Part shown: piece after piece, positions 19,072 through 28,842 of the stretch
Layout of the letters: every line of letters begins with the position of its first letter
Numbering within the stretch: position 1 is the stretch's first letter
Assembly: GCA_963674865.2 (NCBI GenBank)
Contig: CAXXYE010000007.1
Coordinates: 32,001-96,000, forward strand
Reading direction: 5' to 3'
Length of the DNA: 64,000 nucleotides
Source: Candidatus Hydrogenedentota bacterium
Lineage (GTDB): Bacteria; Hydrogenedentota; Hydrogenedentia; Hydrogenedentales; SLHB01
Notes under the pieces: model-generated
Databases searched by the model: none
What the model saw: the letters and a program-made list of their open reading frames with translations, nothing else
Told to the model about the DNA's origin: nothing
Made by a program: the position numbers and the translations under genes

Positions 19072-20973
19072 ATGAGATGTCTGCTGTTGGGCGCGTGCTG
19101 CGTGCTGTGCCTGGGGTTGGCCGACGCGGCAGATGAGGGAGCAGGTGGCACCGACGTGTCGCTAGAACCTGCGATCTCTGATGCGCTACCATCTCCGCCC
19201 GAAGGGCGAGCCGATTTGGACAGCGAGCGTTACGAGGAGGAGACGGAACCGATGCCGACAGATATCCCGCGTCCCGAACACCCCCGTCCGGATTTCGAGC
19301 GTGCGGACTGGCTCAACTTGAACGGAGAGTGGGAATTCGAGATAGACGCAGGCGATTCCGGACAAGCCCGTGGCCTCAACCACGACAAGAAACTGGCCGC
19401 CACTATTGTCGTGCCGTTCTGTCCGGAGAGCCCTTTGAGCGGCGTCGGACATCTCGACTTCATGACGGCTGTATGGTATCGCAGGCAAGTCACGCTGCCG
19501 CGTTCTTGGAAGGGCCGCCGGGTGTTGCTTCATTTCGGCGCAGTCGACTATGAGGCCACGGTTTGGGTAAACGGGACGGAGTTGGGGCGGCATCTCGGCG
19601 GCTATGTGCCGTTTTCCTTCGACATTGCCGATGCACTGAAGCCGGGCAAGAACGAGATCGTGGTACGCGCCAGGGATGATGTGCGCTCGCGGCTTCAGCC
19701 CTCTGGTAAACAATCGCACGAATACCATTCTCGCGGGTGTCACTATCGCAGGACGACGGGCATCTGGCAGACCGTCTGGCTCGAGGCTGTTGGGGAGACG
19801 TATCTCGAGCGCGCATCCATCACACCGGACCTCAACACAGGCCGTGTGTTTGTGCAGGCCGATGTGAAAGGCCCGCGGGCGACACTCGAGGTCATCGTCA
19901 AAGCCGGGGGCAAGGTTGTTGCAACGGCGAGCGCCCCTGCCACGTGGCGCTCCACGGCAGTCTTCTTAGATGTTCCGGATGTACGCCCCTGGTCGCCTGA
20001 GGAGCCGTACTTGTACGACCTGAAGCTTACCGTGTCCCGCGACGGCGAGGTGTTGGATCGCGTGTCGAGCTACTGCGGCTTCCGTCAGGTACACATCGAG
20101 AAGAACCGATTCTATCTGAACGACAAGGTGTTGTTTCAGCGCTTGGTGCTTGACCAGGGCTTTTATCCGGACGGGATCTACACCGCCCGCACCGACCGGG
20201 CGCTCAAGAAAGACGTTGAGCTGTCCATCGCGATGGGTTTCAATGGGGCGCGACTCCACGAGAAAGTGTTTGAGCCGCGTTTTCTCTATTGGGCTGACAA
20301 GCTTGGCTACCTGTGCTGGGACGAGTTCCCAAACTGGGGGCTAGACCACTGCAATGCCGAAGCCATGGAGAATCTGCTGGCTGAATGGGTCGCGGTAGTC
20401 CAACGTGATAGGAACCATCCGTGCATCGTGGGTTGGTGTCCAACCAATGAGACGCCGGATATCCAGCGACGTGAGTCGATTGCCCTCCTCTACGAGACGA
20501 CAAGGGCCATAGACCCGACGCGCCCCATCATCGATACGAGCGGATATACCCACGTGGTTACCGACGTGGATGATAACCACGACTACACGCAGGATCCCGC
20601 TACGTTCAAGCAGCGACAGGACCCGCTTCAGGACGGGAAGCCTTTCAGAAACCACTCTAACGACGCACCTTACCGGGGCCAGCCGTTCATTTGCAGTGAG
20701 TACGGCGGCATATGGTGGGATCCCGGGCAGAGAAACAAGGAGGGGTGGGGGTATGGCGATCGGCCCACAAGCGAGGCGGCGTTCCTGGAGCGATTCCGGG
20801 GCTTGACGGAAGCGCTGTTGAATAATCCTGCCATGTCGGGGCTGTGCTACACGCAACTGACGGATGTTGAACAAGAAGTCAATGGCCTGTATACATTTGA
20901 ACGCCGTGCCAAGTTTAGTCCGGAGGCGATTGCGGCCGTGTTGCGGCAAGCCGCCGCTATAGAGCGGGAGTGA
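19072..20973 (+). CDS. Glycoside hydrolase family 2 (beta-galactosidase/glucuronidase-like) with signal peptide
   Basis: PRPEHPRPDF, LHFGAVDY, GIWQTVWLE, LVLDQGFYPDG, NHPCIVGWCPTNE and YTQLTDVEQEVNGL motifs. Confidence 0.92.
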   Translation: MRCLLLGACCVLCLGLADAADEGAGGTDVSLEPAISDALPSPPEGRADLDSERYEEETEPMPTDIPRPEHPRPDFERADWLNLNGEWEFEIDAGDSGQARGLNHDKKLAATIVVPFCPESPLSGVGHLDFMTAVWYRRQVTLPRSWKGRRVLLHFGAVDYEATVWVNGTELGRHLGGYVPFSFDIADALKPGKNEIVVRARDDVRSRLQPSGKQSHEYHSRGCHYRRTTGIWQTVWLEAVGETYLERASITPDLNTGRVFVQADVKGPRATLEVIVKAGGKVVATASAPATWRSTAVFLDVPDVRPWSPEEPYLYDLKLTVSRDGEVLDRVSSYCGFRQVHIEKNRFYLNDKVLFQRLVLDQGFYPDGIYTARTDRALKKDVELSIAMGFNGARLHEKVFEPRFLYWADKLGYLCWDEFPNWGLDHCNAEAMENLLAEWVAVVQRDRNHPCIVGWCPTNETPDIQRRESIALLYETTRAIDPTRPIIDTSGYTHVVTDVDDNHDYTQDPATFKQRQDPLQDGKPFRNHSNDAPYRGQPFICSEYGGIWWDPGQRNKEGWGYGDRPTSEAAFLERFRGLTEALLNNPAMSGLCYTQLTDVEQEVNGLYTFERRAKFSPEAIAAVLRQAAAIERE

Positions 20974-21004
20974 GAGCTTGAGAGCCCATCCCGCTCGAAA
21001 TCGC

Positions 21005-21034
21005 TTGCAAAGAAGACCATTGACAACCTATACT
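21005..21034 (+). promoter_or_regulatory. Putative sigma-70 promoter of the pilC-like gene
   Basis: TTGCAA-N18-TATACT upstream of the GGGAGG RBS. Confidence 0.4.
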
Positions 21035-21076
21035 TAGTTTGGCATTTTGCGATGGGGAAACGGGAGGAATCAGACG

Positions 21077-22297
21077 ATGCCGACATTCACGTACACGGCA
21101 CGTGGTCGGGACGGGGCGCGACAGAAGGGCTCGCTCGAAGCGGACAGCCGCCAGGCGCTTATCCAGATTCTGCAGGCACGTGGTCTGACGCCGGACCGTG
21201 TGGTTGAAAGCGCTGCTGCCCAAGCGAGCCTCCTTGCTCGCCTCGGATTTGGGAGGCGGGTTAAGCCTCAGGAAATCCTGATCTTTACGCGGCAGTTGTC
21301 CACAATTGTGAGTGCGGGCCTCCCGTTGCTCCAGGGCTTGGACATCCTTGCCGAGCAAACGGAGGACGTACACTTCGCGGGAGTCATCCAGGAGATTGCT
21401 CAGGACGTGGAGGCCGGTGAAACGTTCTCGGAGGCCCTGCGCAAGCATCCGGAAGGCTTCTCGGACCTTTATGTGAGTATGGTTCGAGCGGGCGAAGCGG
21501 GTGGCGATCTGGACGGTGTGCTGACGCAGTTGGCGGACTACCTGGAGGCTACCGAGGAACTGAAACGTCGCATCAGGGCGGCGATGACCTACCCGGTCGT
21601 GGCCTTCAGCATGATCATCTTGATCGCGACGGGACTGATCATCTGGGTCGTCCCTCAGTTTGAGGAGATCTTCTCGAGTTTCGGCAAGGGGCTGCCCCTT
21701 CCCACGCAGATTCTCATTCAAGTCAGCAATATTCTGCGAAGCTGGCGGATCTTCATCTTTATCGGTTTAGCTATTGCGGCCTTCATCTTCGTGCGGATCT
21801 ATGGCCGGACGGAGAACGGTCGGTACAATCTGGATAGGGTCAAGCTCCGGTTGCCGGTCTTTGGCAAGCTGCTGCGCAAGGTGGCCATCAGTCGGTTCAC
21901 TCGAACCTTGAGCACCCTGACGCGAAGCGGCGTCGCTATCCTGCAGGCGCTTGAGATTGTAGAGCGCACGGCGGGTAATGAGGTGTTTGCCCGCGCCGTA
22001 GCGTCGGCCGGTGAGAGCGTGCGCAATGGCGAGGCCCTTGCCGAGCCGCTGGCGCGCAGCGAAGAGTTCCCGGCGATGGTGACGCGGATGATCGGCGTGG
22101 GTGAGAAGACGGGTGCACTTGAGAGCATGCTCTCAAAGATCGCGGAGTTTTATGATTCCGAGGTGAAAGCATCGGTGGATGGCCTGACGGCAATGATCGA
22201 ACCCATCTTGATCATGATGATGGGTATTGTGGTCGGCAGCATCGTGATCGCGCTTTTCATGCCGATCCTCAAGCTGTCGGAATTGGTTCGCAAGTAG
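21077..22297 (+). CDS. pilC: Type II secretion system F / type IV pilus platform protein (PilC/GspF)
   Basis: FTRQLST..AGLPL, FSEALRKHP..F..LYVSMVRAGE.GG.L, AMTYP and MIGVGEKTG.L motifs. Confidence 0.92.
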   Translation: MPTFTYTARGRDGARQKGSLEADSRQALIQILQARGLTPDRVVESAAAQASLLARLGFGRRVKPQEILIFTRQLSTIVSAGLPLLQGLDILAEQTEDVHFAGVIQEIAQDVEAGETFSEALRKHPEGFSDLYVSMVRAGEAGGDLDGVLTQLADYLEATEELKRRIRAAMTYPVVAFSMIILIATGLIIWVVPQFEEIFSSFGKGLPLPTQILIQVSNILRSWRIFIFIGLAIAAFIFVRIYGRTENGRYNLDRVKLRLPVFGKLLRKVAISRFTRTLSTLTRSGVAILQALEIVERTAGNEVFARAVASAGESVRNGEALAEPLARSEEFPAMVTRMIGVGEKTGALESMLSKIAEFYDSEVKASVDGLTAMIEPILIMMMGIVVGSIVIALFMPILKLSELVRK

Positions 22298-22310
22298 TTT
22301 TTGTGTACGC

Positions 22311-22348
22311 CGCCGGGTCGAACGTTCTGTTCGGCCCGGTGTTTTTTT
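22311..22348 (+). terminator. Rho-independent terminator after pilC
   Basis: cgccgggtcgaac-gttct-gttcggcccggtg followed by T7. Confidence 0.8.
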
Positions 22349-22429
22349 GCGAAGCAGGCACGTCGGGTTGTACGTTCTCGCTCTGATTCCGCACGGGCCT
22401 CTTGGCGCAGGAGAGGGAGGCATCAGTCC

Positions 22430-23416
22430 ATGCCGAGGAAGGCCGCGGGCAAGCTCAGGAAGGCCAAGGTAGCGCTCATCGGGGCGGGGGGAATGGCGAA
22501 CCAGATGCACTATCCATCGCTCGCGGAGATGAGAGACGTCGAGCTCGTGGGTATCGCCGACCTTGTTGCTGAGAAGGCCAAGACCACGGCGGATAGCTTC
22601 GGCATCCGGCGCGTCTATACCGACTACCGGGCCATGCTGGATGAGACACGCCCCGCCGCAGTCTATGTCCTTATGCCGCCGCACCAACTCTTTGACGTGG
22701 CGGTGGATGTGATGGAGCGGAAGCACCATCTTTTCATCGAGAAGCCGCCCGGCCTGAACGCCTTTCAGAACCGCCAGCTCGCGCTGTGCGCCAAGCGAAA
22801 CAAGGTGTTGGCTATGTGCGGTTTCCAGCGGCGCTACGTGCCCGTCATCGAGACTCTTAGGCGAAGAATGCTGCGACGGGGGCCTTTGCACACCGTGGGG
22901 GTCACATTCGTCAAGTGCAGCTATCCCATGGGTGGGTATTACGGCGGCGCCATCGATATTCTCTCATGCGATGCCGTCCACGCCGTCGACACACTTCGGC
23001 ACTTGGCGGGGGGCGAGGTTGCCTCCGTCGCGAGCGATGTGCGGAACCTGGGCGCCGAGGATAATAACGCTTTCTACGCCATGGTGAAGTTCTCTAGCGG
23101 GGTGACGGGGATCTTGCAGACGAATTGGGCCTGTGGACGGCGTTTCTTCAACGTCGAGATGCACGGACAGGGCGTCTCGGCCTACGTGGAGCCGGATGTC
23201 TCCGGCATTCTCTATAGGGATGGGGACGTCGAGGGTGAGATGTTCGATCCGGGCGACTGCGCCGGGAACCAAGCCGACAGGCACCGGTTGGGCTTCTTTG
23301 CCGAGAATCGTCACTTCATTGACTGTGTCCGGTCGCGTAAGCAGCCGAAGAGCAGTCTTTCCGACACTGTGGCGACGATGACGCTCGTGGATCGTATATA
23401 CCACAGTCAGATCTGA
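22430..23416 (+). CDS. Gfo/Idh/MocA-family oxidoreductase
   Basis: ALIGAGGMA, HLFIEKP and GFQRRY motifs. Confidence 0.9.
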   Translation: MPRKAAGKLRKAKVALIGAGGMANQMHYPSLAEMRDVELVGIADLVAEKAKTTADSFGIRRVYTDYRAMLDETRPAAVYVLMPPHQLFDVAVDVMERKHHLFIEKPPGLNAFQNRQLALCAKRNKVLAMCGFQRRYVPVIETLRRRMLRRGPLHTVGVTFVKCSYPMGGYYGGAIDILSCDAVHAVDTLRHLAGGEVASVASDVRNLGAEDNNAFYAMVKFSSGVTGILQTNWACGRRFFNVEMHGQGVSAYVEPDVSGILYRDGDVEGEMFDPGDCAGNQADRHRLGFFAENRHFIDCVRSRKQPKSSLSDTVATMTLVDRIYHSQI

Positions 23417-23567
23417 CCTTCTTTGGCGCCTGGCCAAGGCAATGCCTGCTTCGTGTGAATGGCGCTGTCAGGCCGCTGTTGGGGGCTCGCCTAACCCATT
23501 AATATCAAATGTCTTGCCTTGGCCCATCTCATCCCTCTTGGCCGGGCTTTCACGCGTCCATCCCGTG

Positions 23568-23596
23568 CTAAAGGCGCCGAAGGTTTCTGCCGATAA
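23568..23596 (+). promoter_or_regulatory. Sigma-28 (FliA/SigD) promoter of fliD-fliS
   Basis: CTAAA-N16-GCCGATAA about 100 nt upstream of the fliD start; matches the sigma-28 consensus. Confidence 0.8.
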
Positions 23597-23698
23597 GTAC
23601 GAACAGGACGACGAGGATAATGGGCCTCGACGTGCGTGTTGGCTTAACGATGGGACGCTCCCGGTCCGAAACGACGGCGCGCCCAGGAGGAGCACAGA

Positions 23699-25429
23699 AT
23701 GAGTGGAGTGTTAAGCGCCGGTGGCCTCATTTCGGGGATTGACACTGCGACTCTCATTGAGCAGCTCGTGGCGCTCGAAAGTGAGCCAATCACACGTATC
23801 GAGGGACAAATCAGTGCGCTCGAGACGGAGAAAGATGCTGTCCGCGAACTGCGTACGTTGCTTCTTACGCTGTACAACCGGGCTCAGGACTTCGTGCTGA
23901 GCAATGTCTTCGACCAATACGGCGCAACCACTAGTGAAGAAGAGGTCATGACAGTGGAAGTGAGCGGGTCCAACCCGGTTGTTGGGGCCTACGAAATCGA
24001 GGTCCTGCAGCTTGCCACCGCCACGGCCGCCTCAAGCAGTGGGGAGTTGGGCGGTGCTATTGATCCGGACGCGGCCCTGAACTCCGCGGGAATCGCCACC
24101 GAGGTCACTGCCGGGGAGTTTATGATCAATGGCGTTACCTTCACGATCGACCCGGACACGCAGAGTCTGAATGATATCCTGGCGGAGATAAACGCGAGTG
24201 CCGCGGGAGTCACTGCCACCTATGATGCGGTAACGGATACGGTTACCTTCGAGAATAGCACTGCCGACGACACCAGCATCATCAACTTCGGGGAAGTGGA
24301 AGACGAGGAAGAGGACAGCAACTTTCTGGAAGTCTTGAATGTCACCGACGCGACTCAATCCACGGGGGGAGCCGGTTCAACGGTGGTGACGAGTACGCGC
24401 AATCTTGGGGCCATTGATGCCGGGGACACCTTGGAAACGGTGAATTTCTCCGAGGGAGCATTAACCTCAGGTACTTTCTACATCAACGGTGTTGAAATTG
24501 AGGTCGACGTTACGCAGGATTCCATAAGCGACGTTCTCGGGGTGATCAACGATTCGGATGCGGGCGTTACGGCCAGCTATGATACGTCAACGGACACGAT
24601 CCGCGTTGTCTCGGATACGCTCGGCAGCCGCACGGTTAAGTTTACCACCGGAACGAGCAACTTCCTGAGCATCGTGAACCTGGACGACGCTGTACAAGAG
24701 GCGGGCAGCGATTGTGAATTTACCATCAACGGAGGGGATGTCGAGACTCGCAATACAAACGAGGTGTCCGACGCTATCGGTGGTGTGACGCTAGACTTCC
24801 TTAGCGAGGGGACGAGTACTGTCAAAATCTCCAGCGACAACGACGCCATCGTTGAGGATATCGAAGAGTTCATTGCGGCTTACAATGAAGTCGTCGCGGC
24901 TATCGACAGCTACATGGGCACCGATGGGACGCTGTCCGGCGATTCGAGTATTCGCACCATTGAAAACTACCTCTGGACCACGATATTCGGGCAAGTGAGC
25001 GGGTCGTCAGGGGCGTACGATACGCTCATATCCATCGGCATTTCGACGGGAGACAGCTTCGATTCCACATCGACCTCCCAACTCGAGCTGGACACGGAGG
25101 AACTGCTTGAGGCATTGCGTGAAGATAGGAGCAGCGTCGAGAGCCTTTTCACCAATGATGATGAGGACGGGATAGCCAATCTATTCAATGACTATTTCCG
25201 CGATGTCACATCGACGACGGGTTTCCTGTATGCGCGGGTGAAGTCTAACGGCACGATTGACCAGAAGATCGAGTCGTATGAGGACCAAATTGAGCGCCTT
25301 GAGGCGCGCATCGAACAGTACGAGGAGCGACTACGCTCTCAATTCACGAATATGGAACTGATGTTGTCCGAGTACGAGGTCATGAGCAGCTCGTTGAGCG
25401 CGCTTTCCAGTTCTTACGGGCTGGTGTAG
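23699..25429 (+). CDS. fliD: Flagellar filament cap protein
   Basis: N-terminal GLISGIDT..LIEQL, C-terminal YEERLRSQFTNME coiled coil; followed by fliS. Confidence 0.93.
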   Translation: MSGVLSAGGLISGIDTATLIEQLVALESEPITRIEGQISALETEKDAVRELRTLLLTLYNRAQDFVLSNVFDQYGATTSEEEVMTVEVSGSNPVVGAYEIEVLQLATATAASSSGELGGAIDPDAALNSAGIATEVTAGEFMINGVTFTIDPDTQSLNDILAEINASAAGVTATYDAVTDTVTFENSTADDTSIINFGEVEDEEEDSNFLEVLNVTDATQSTGGAGSTVVTSTRNLGAIDAGDTLETVNFSEGALTSGTFYINGVEIEVDVTQDSISDVLGVINDSDAGVTASYDTSTDTIRVVSDTLGSRTVKFTTGTSNFLSIVNLDDAVQEAGSDCEFTINGGDVETRNTNEVSDAIGGVTLDFLSEGTSTVKISSDNDAIVEDIEEFIAAYNEVVAAIDSYMGTDGTLSGDSSIRTIENYLWTTIFGQVSGSSGAYDTLISIGISTGDSFDSTSTSQLELDTEELLEALREDRSSVESLFTNDDEDGIANLFNDYFRDVTSTTGFLYARVKSNGTIDQKIESYEDQIERLEARIEQYEERLRSQFTNMELMLSEYEVMSSSLSALSSSYGLV

Positions 25430-25533
25430 GGCGGGTTCCCGATGGCGCAGTCGCCCAAGTTTGAGGCGCCGCGTGGGCATTTGCAGTACAATGACCTGGT
25501 GGATGTTAGGCGAATCGAGGAAGGAGCTTTACA

Positions 25534-25974
25534 ATGAGTTCTTCGGCCAATCTTGGCGCCTACAAGAAGGTTGATATTGAGACGGCCTCTCAAGGCAAGC
25601 TCATCGTGATGCTCTTCAACGGCGCTATTCAGCGAGCCGAAGAAGCCAAGCGTCAACTTGTCAAGCGCCGGTTTGAGGGCGTGCACAACAACCTCGTCCG
25701 CGCCCAAGAGATTATCGCCGAGCTTCGGGGGGCGCTCAACATGAAGGTTGGCAACTTGGCCCATGAGCTCGACCGTGTCTATGAGTACTTCCAGCACCTG
25801 CTTATCAAGGCCAATATCCGAAAGGACGCCGCTCCTATCGACGAGTGTATTCAGCTTATGGCATCCGTCAGGGATACATGGCAGGAAGCTTTCGACAATC
25901 TCGGCCAAGCCGAAACCTCGGCGTCTCCCAAGATCAACCAACACGGCTCCGCCGTGATGGATATTCAAGGCTAA
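25534..25974 (+). CDS. fliS: Flagellin export chaperone
   Basis: ETASQGKLIVMLFNGAI and AQEIIAELRGALN motifs. Confidence 0.93.
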   Translation: MSSSANLGAYKKVDIETASQGKLIVMLFNGAIQRAEEAKRQLVKRRFEGVHNNLVRAQEIIAELRGALNMKVGNLAHELDRVYEYFQHLLIKANIRKDAAPIDECIQLMASVRDTWQEAFDNLGQAETSASPKINQHGSAVMDIQG

Positions 25975-26119
25975 AGCCACATTCCCGCGCCTGACGTGCG
26001 CCATCTGGCGTCTTTCCGGTAGTCGGCCTTATCCTGCTGTCAGGCCTCGCCTTGGGGGATATTCCCTTCATTAAGCACCCGCCCTTTGTCAAGACGCTTG
26101 ACTTCTTCGATAGCGGCAT

Positions 26120-26148
26120 GGTATTACGATATCGAAAATCGTAATACC
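26120..26148. promoter_or_regulatory. Perfect 11-bp inverted repeat (putative repressor operator)
   Basis: GGTATTACGAT-N7-ATCGTAATACC, just downstream of a TTGACT hexamer (26098) and about 40 nt before the prepilin gene. Confidence 0.55.
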
Positions 26149-26190
26149 GATTCGCTAGTGATCTTTGCATTGTGATGAAAGGGTAACTCC

Positions 26191-27189
26191 ATGGTATTCC
26201 CGCGTTCCAGATACGCTACCTGTAGCAGCGGTTTTACACTCATCGAGCTTCTTGTCGTCATTGCGATCATAGGTATTCTGACGGCGATACTGCTGCCCGC
26301 GCTGGATCGTGCTCGGGAGTCGGCCCAACGAGCCGCCTGTGCCAGTAATCTTAGGCAGTTCGGACTGTCGTATGCGATGTACGCGGAGGAGGCGGCGGGC
26401 TACTACCCACCCATGTCGCCGTTTGCGAACCCGGGCGGCGTGCCGATGTTTGCGTCGGCGGACGGCAATGCGCTCTATCCTGAGTATCTTCCAGATCTTA
26501 AGGTGTCCCAGTGTCCGTCAGACCTCATTATGGACGGCGAGGGAGCCTATGTGGTGGGCCGCCTTCCAGACGGGAGTATCGAGGGACATATCGAGGCAGC
26601 CACGAAGCGTCGTGACAAGCTCAGCCAACGGTATTTCTTGTCTGCAGCGCTTGGACGCTCCTACTGGTACCACGGCTACGCCATGACGAACGTGGAAGAG
26701 TTCTACGGCGTCTGGAACGGGACGGGCAGTCAGCCGGTTTTGGATTCGCTGGCGGGAGGTACGGTGGTGGGGACCAGCCCGGTCTTCATGCCGATGGGAC
26801 TCAAGGACTGGACGGGCGACATTAAGCTGGACGAATCGTCGAAGCTGGCTTGGACGGCCATCTTGGGAACGGGCTTGGCTGGCGGCGACAAGGTCTACCG
26901 ATTGCGCAAAGGGGTCCAAAAATACCTTATCACTGATGTCAACGATCCGGCGTCCTCGACCCGCGCCGAAGGGCAGATCCCGGTTATGTTCGACACTTTT
27001 GGAGCTTTTTCGCAGGAGGATGCAACGGCCGGCGGGGTGGTGTATAACCACTTGCCGGGGGGCTGCAACGTGTTGTATCTGGATGGCCACGTGGAGTTCG
27101 TCCGGTATCGGACGCGATTCCCGATTCTATCCGATGCGGAGAACGGCTACGGCCTTATCCGCCAGGTGGGACACTACGGACTCCAATAG
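26191..27189 (+). CDS. DUF1559-type prepilin N-terminal cleavage/methylation domain protein with H-X9-DG motif
   Basis: [27 protein letters not shown]...C.SNLRQ and C-terminal [18 protein letters not shown]. Confidence 0.92.
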   Translation: MVFPRSRYATCSSGFTLIELLVVIAIIGILTAILLPALDRARESAQRAACASNLRQFGLSYAMYAEEAAGYYPPMSPFANPGGVPMFASADGNALYPEYLPDLKVSQCPSDLIMDGEGAYVVGRLPDGSIEGHIEAATKRRDKLSQRYFLSAALGRSYWYHGYAMTNVEEFYGVWNGTGSQPVLDSLAGGTVVGTSPVFMPMGLKDWTGDIKLDESSKLAWTAILGTGLAGGDKVYRLRKGVQKYLITDVNDPASSTRAEGQIPVMFDTFGAFSQEDATAGGVVYNHLPGGCNVLYLDGHVEFVRYRTRFPILSDAENGYGLIRQVGHYGLQ

Positions 27190-27435
27190 CTCCGGGGAAG
27201 TCCGTCTATGAGAATCTTCATTCTTTCCGCCGGCCGTGGGTGGTGAGCCTTCCATGAGTTTCGCGTCGCGGAGCCATTGGTTTCCAGACGCGTATCCTGG
27301 CATCTGTGCCATACAGAGCATCGGGGGATATCCAGAGTAGCGGATTGCGGGGCAATCGAGTATGCTCATAGCGATGAACACGCTACGCTGGGAAACGAAT
27401 GCGCCGTCAGCCGAGGGGGGCGTGTAGATTCTCTT

Positions 27436-28842
27436 ATGAAGGTCCTCCTATTGAATCCGCCCGGCCCCTACTGCCGGGCCGGGTCGCGCTGGCCACACCG
27501 CCGCAAGAGCGAGGGGGTAGGCATCGACTACCATCCGTTCCCATTCGGGCTGGCATATGCCACGTCGCGGTTGTTGGCGGATGGCCACGAGGCCAAGCTC
27601 GTAGATTGCATCGCCACAAGAACGACGGATAGCGAACTTCAAACCGTCGCCTCCGAGTTTGGCCCCGATATCGTCTTCATGGAGACAAGCGCGCCGAGTT
27701 TCCGGGCAGATATTGAGACGATGCGCACTCTGGGTGTGCCATGTCTGGCCGGAGGGGCGCATGCTACTGCTACGGCCAAGGTTCATTTGGATGCGGGCTT
27801 TTCGGGCGTCATTCGCGGCGAATACGATCAGGTGATTTCGGAGGCCGTTGCACTATCGCCCCGCCCCTGGCTTGCGACGCCGGAGGCGCCTGACGCCGGG
27901 CACGCGCCTCTCGCGGACGACCTTGACGCGATTCCGTATCCGCCGTGGCGCATGATGCCGATGGAGAGGTACAACGACCCAATCTGTGTGGGCCGTTCGG
28001 TAACGGTTCTAAGCACGCGCGGATGCGCGATGCGCTGCGGTTTCTGCACGCTGGCGCCCTTCTATGGCAAGCACAATTACCGACGGCGCGATCCGGCCAG
28101 CGTGTGCGACGAGATAGACGTGCTCATCCGTGAATACCATCCGGACGAGATCTATTTCGACGACGATTCGATCACGTTGGATCGGCGCCATATTCTGGCG
28201 CTCTGTGAGGCGATAGAGGAGCGGCGTTGGGGGATTCCCTTCTGCTGTATGGGCAATGCTCCCGTGGAGCGCGATGTACTCGAAGCCATGGCTTCGGCGG
28301 GGTGTCGGGCGTTCAAGTTCGGCGTAGAGAGCGCCGATCCGGAAGTGCTTGGGCGTATCCCCAAGCCCGTCGCTCCGGCGGATGTGGTGCGCACCGCTCG
28401 GAACTGCAAGGAACTGGGCATCCTTACGCACGCGACATTTCTTCTAGGACTGCCGGGGGAAAACCGTGAGAGTGCTTTACGAACGATAGACTTCGCGTTG
28501 CGTCTGGGCGCGCACACCCTTCAGTTTGCCATTGTTACGCCGTATCCCGGGACGGTCCTTTACGAGCAGGCGAAGGAGAACGGCTGGCTGGTAAGGGAGG
28601 ACTGGGCCGACTTCGATCCGGCCGGCCAGGCCGTCTTGTCCTATCCCGATTACAATTCCGAGACTATCGCCGAGATGCACGACCTTGCTTGGCGGCGGTG
28701 GCAGTGGCACATGGCGACCCGCCGCCCTGCCACCCTATGGCATCATTTCCGGAACGCGCTGCGGCGCGAGGGCGTGGGCGGAGTGTTTCGCTTAGGCCGG
28801 TACGGGCTTTTCCGCGCGTTGCGCGTGCTGAGGTCGCATTGA
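27436..28842 (+). CDS. B12-binding radical SAM protein (HpnJ/BchE-like)
   Basis: LLNPP...RAGSRW, GGAHAT, TRGCAMRCGFC, YFDDD, FGVESAD and TPYPGT motifs. Confidence 0.9.
   Translation: MKVLLLNPPGPYCRAGSRWPHRRKSEGVGIDYHPFPFGLAYATSRLLADGHEAKLVDCIATRTTDSELQTVASEFGPDIVFMETSAPSFRADIETMRTLGVPCLAGGAHATATAKVHLDAGFSGVIRGEYDQVISEAVALSPRPWLATPEAPDAGHAPLADDLDAIPYPPWRMMPMERYNDPICVGRSVTVLSTRGCAMRCGFCTLAPFYGKHNYRRRDPASVCDEIDVLIREYHPDEIYFDDDSITLDRRHILALCEAIEERRWGIPFCCMGNAPVERDVLEAMASAGCRAFKFGVESADPEVLGRIPKPVAPADVVRTARNCKELGILTHATFLLGLPGENRESALRTIDFALRLGAHTLQFAIVTPYPGTVLYEQAKENGWLVREDWADFDPAGQAVLSYPDYNSETIAEMHDLAWRRWQWHMATRRPATLWHHFRNALRREGVGGVFRLGRYGLFRALRVLRSH

Noticed and set aside
21077..27189. A complete type IV pilus / T2SS locus formed by pilC and the prepilin-like gene
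   Set aside because: pilC is monocistronic with its own terminator; no ATPase, secretin or prepilin peptidase is in the window, and unrelated genes intervene.
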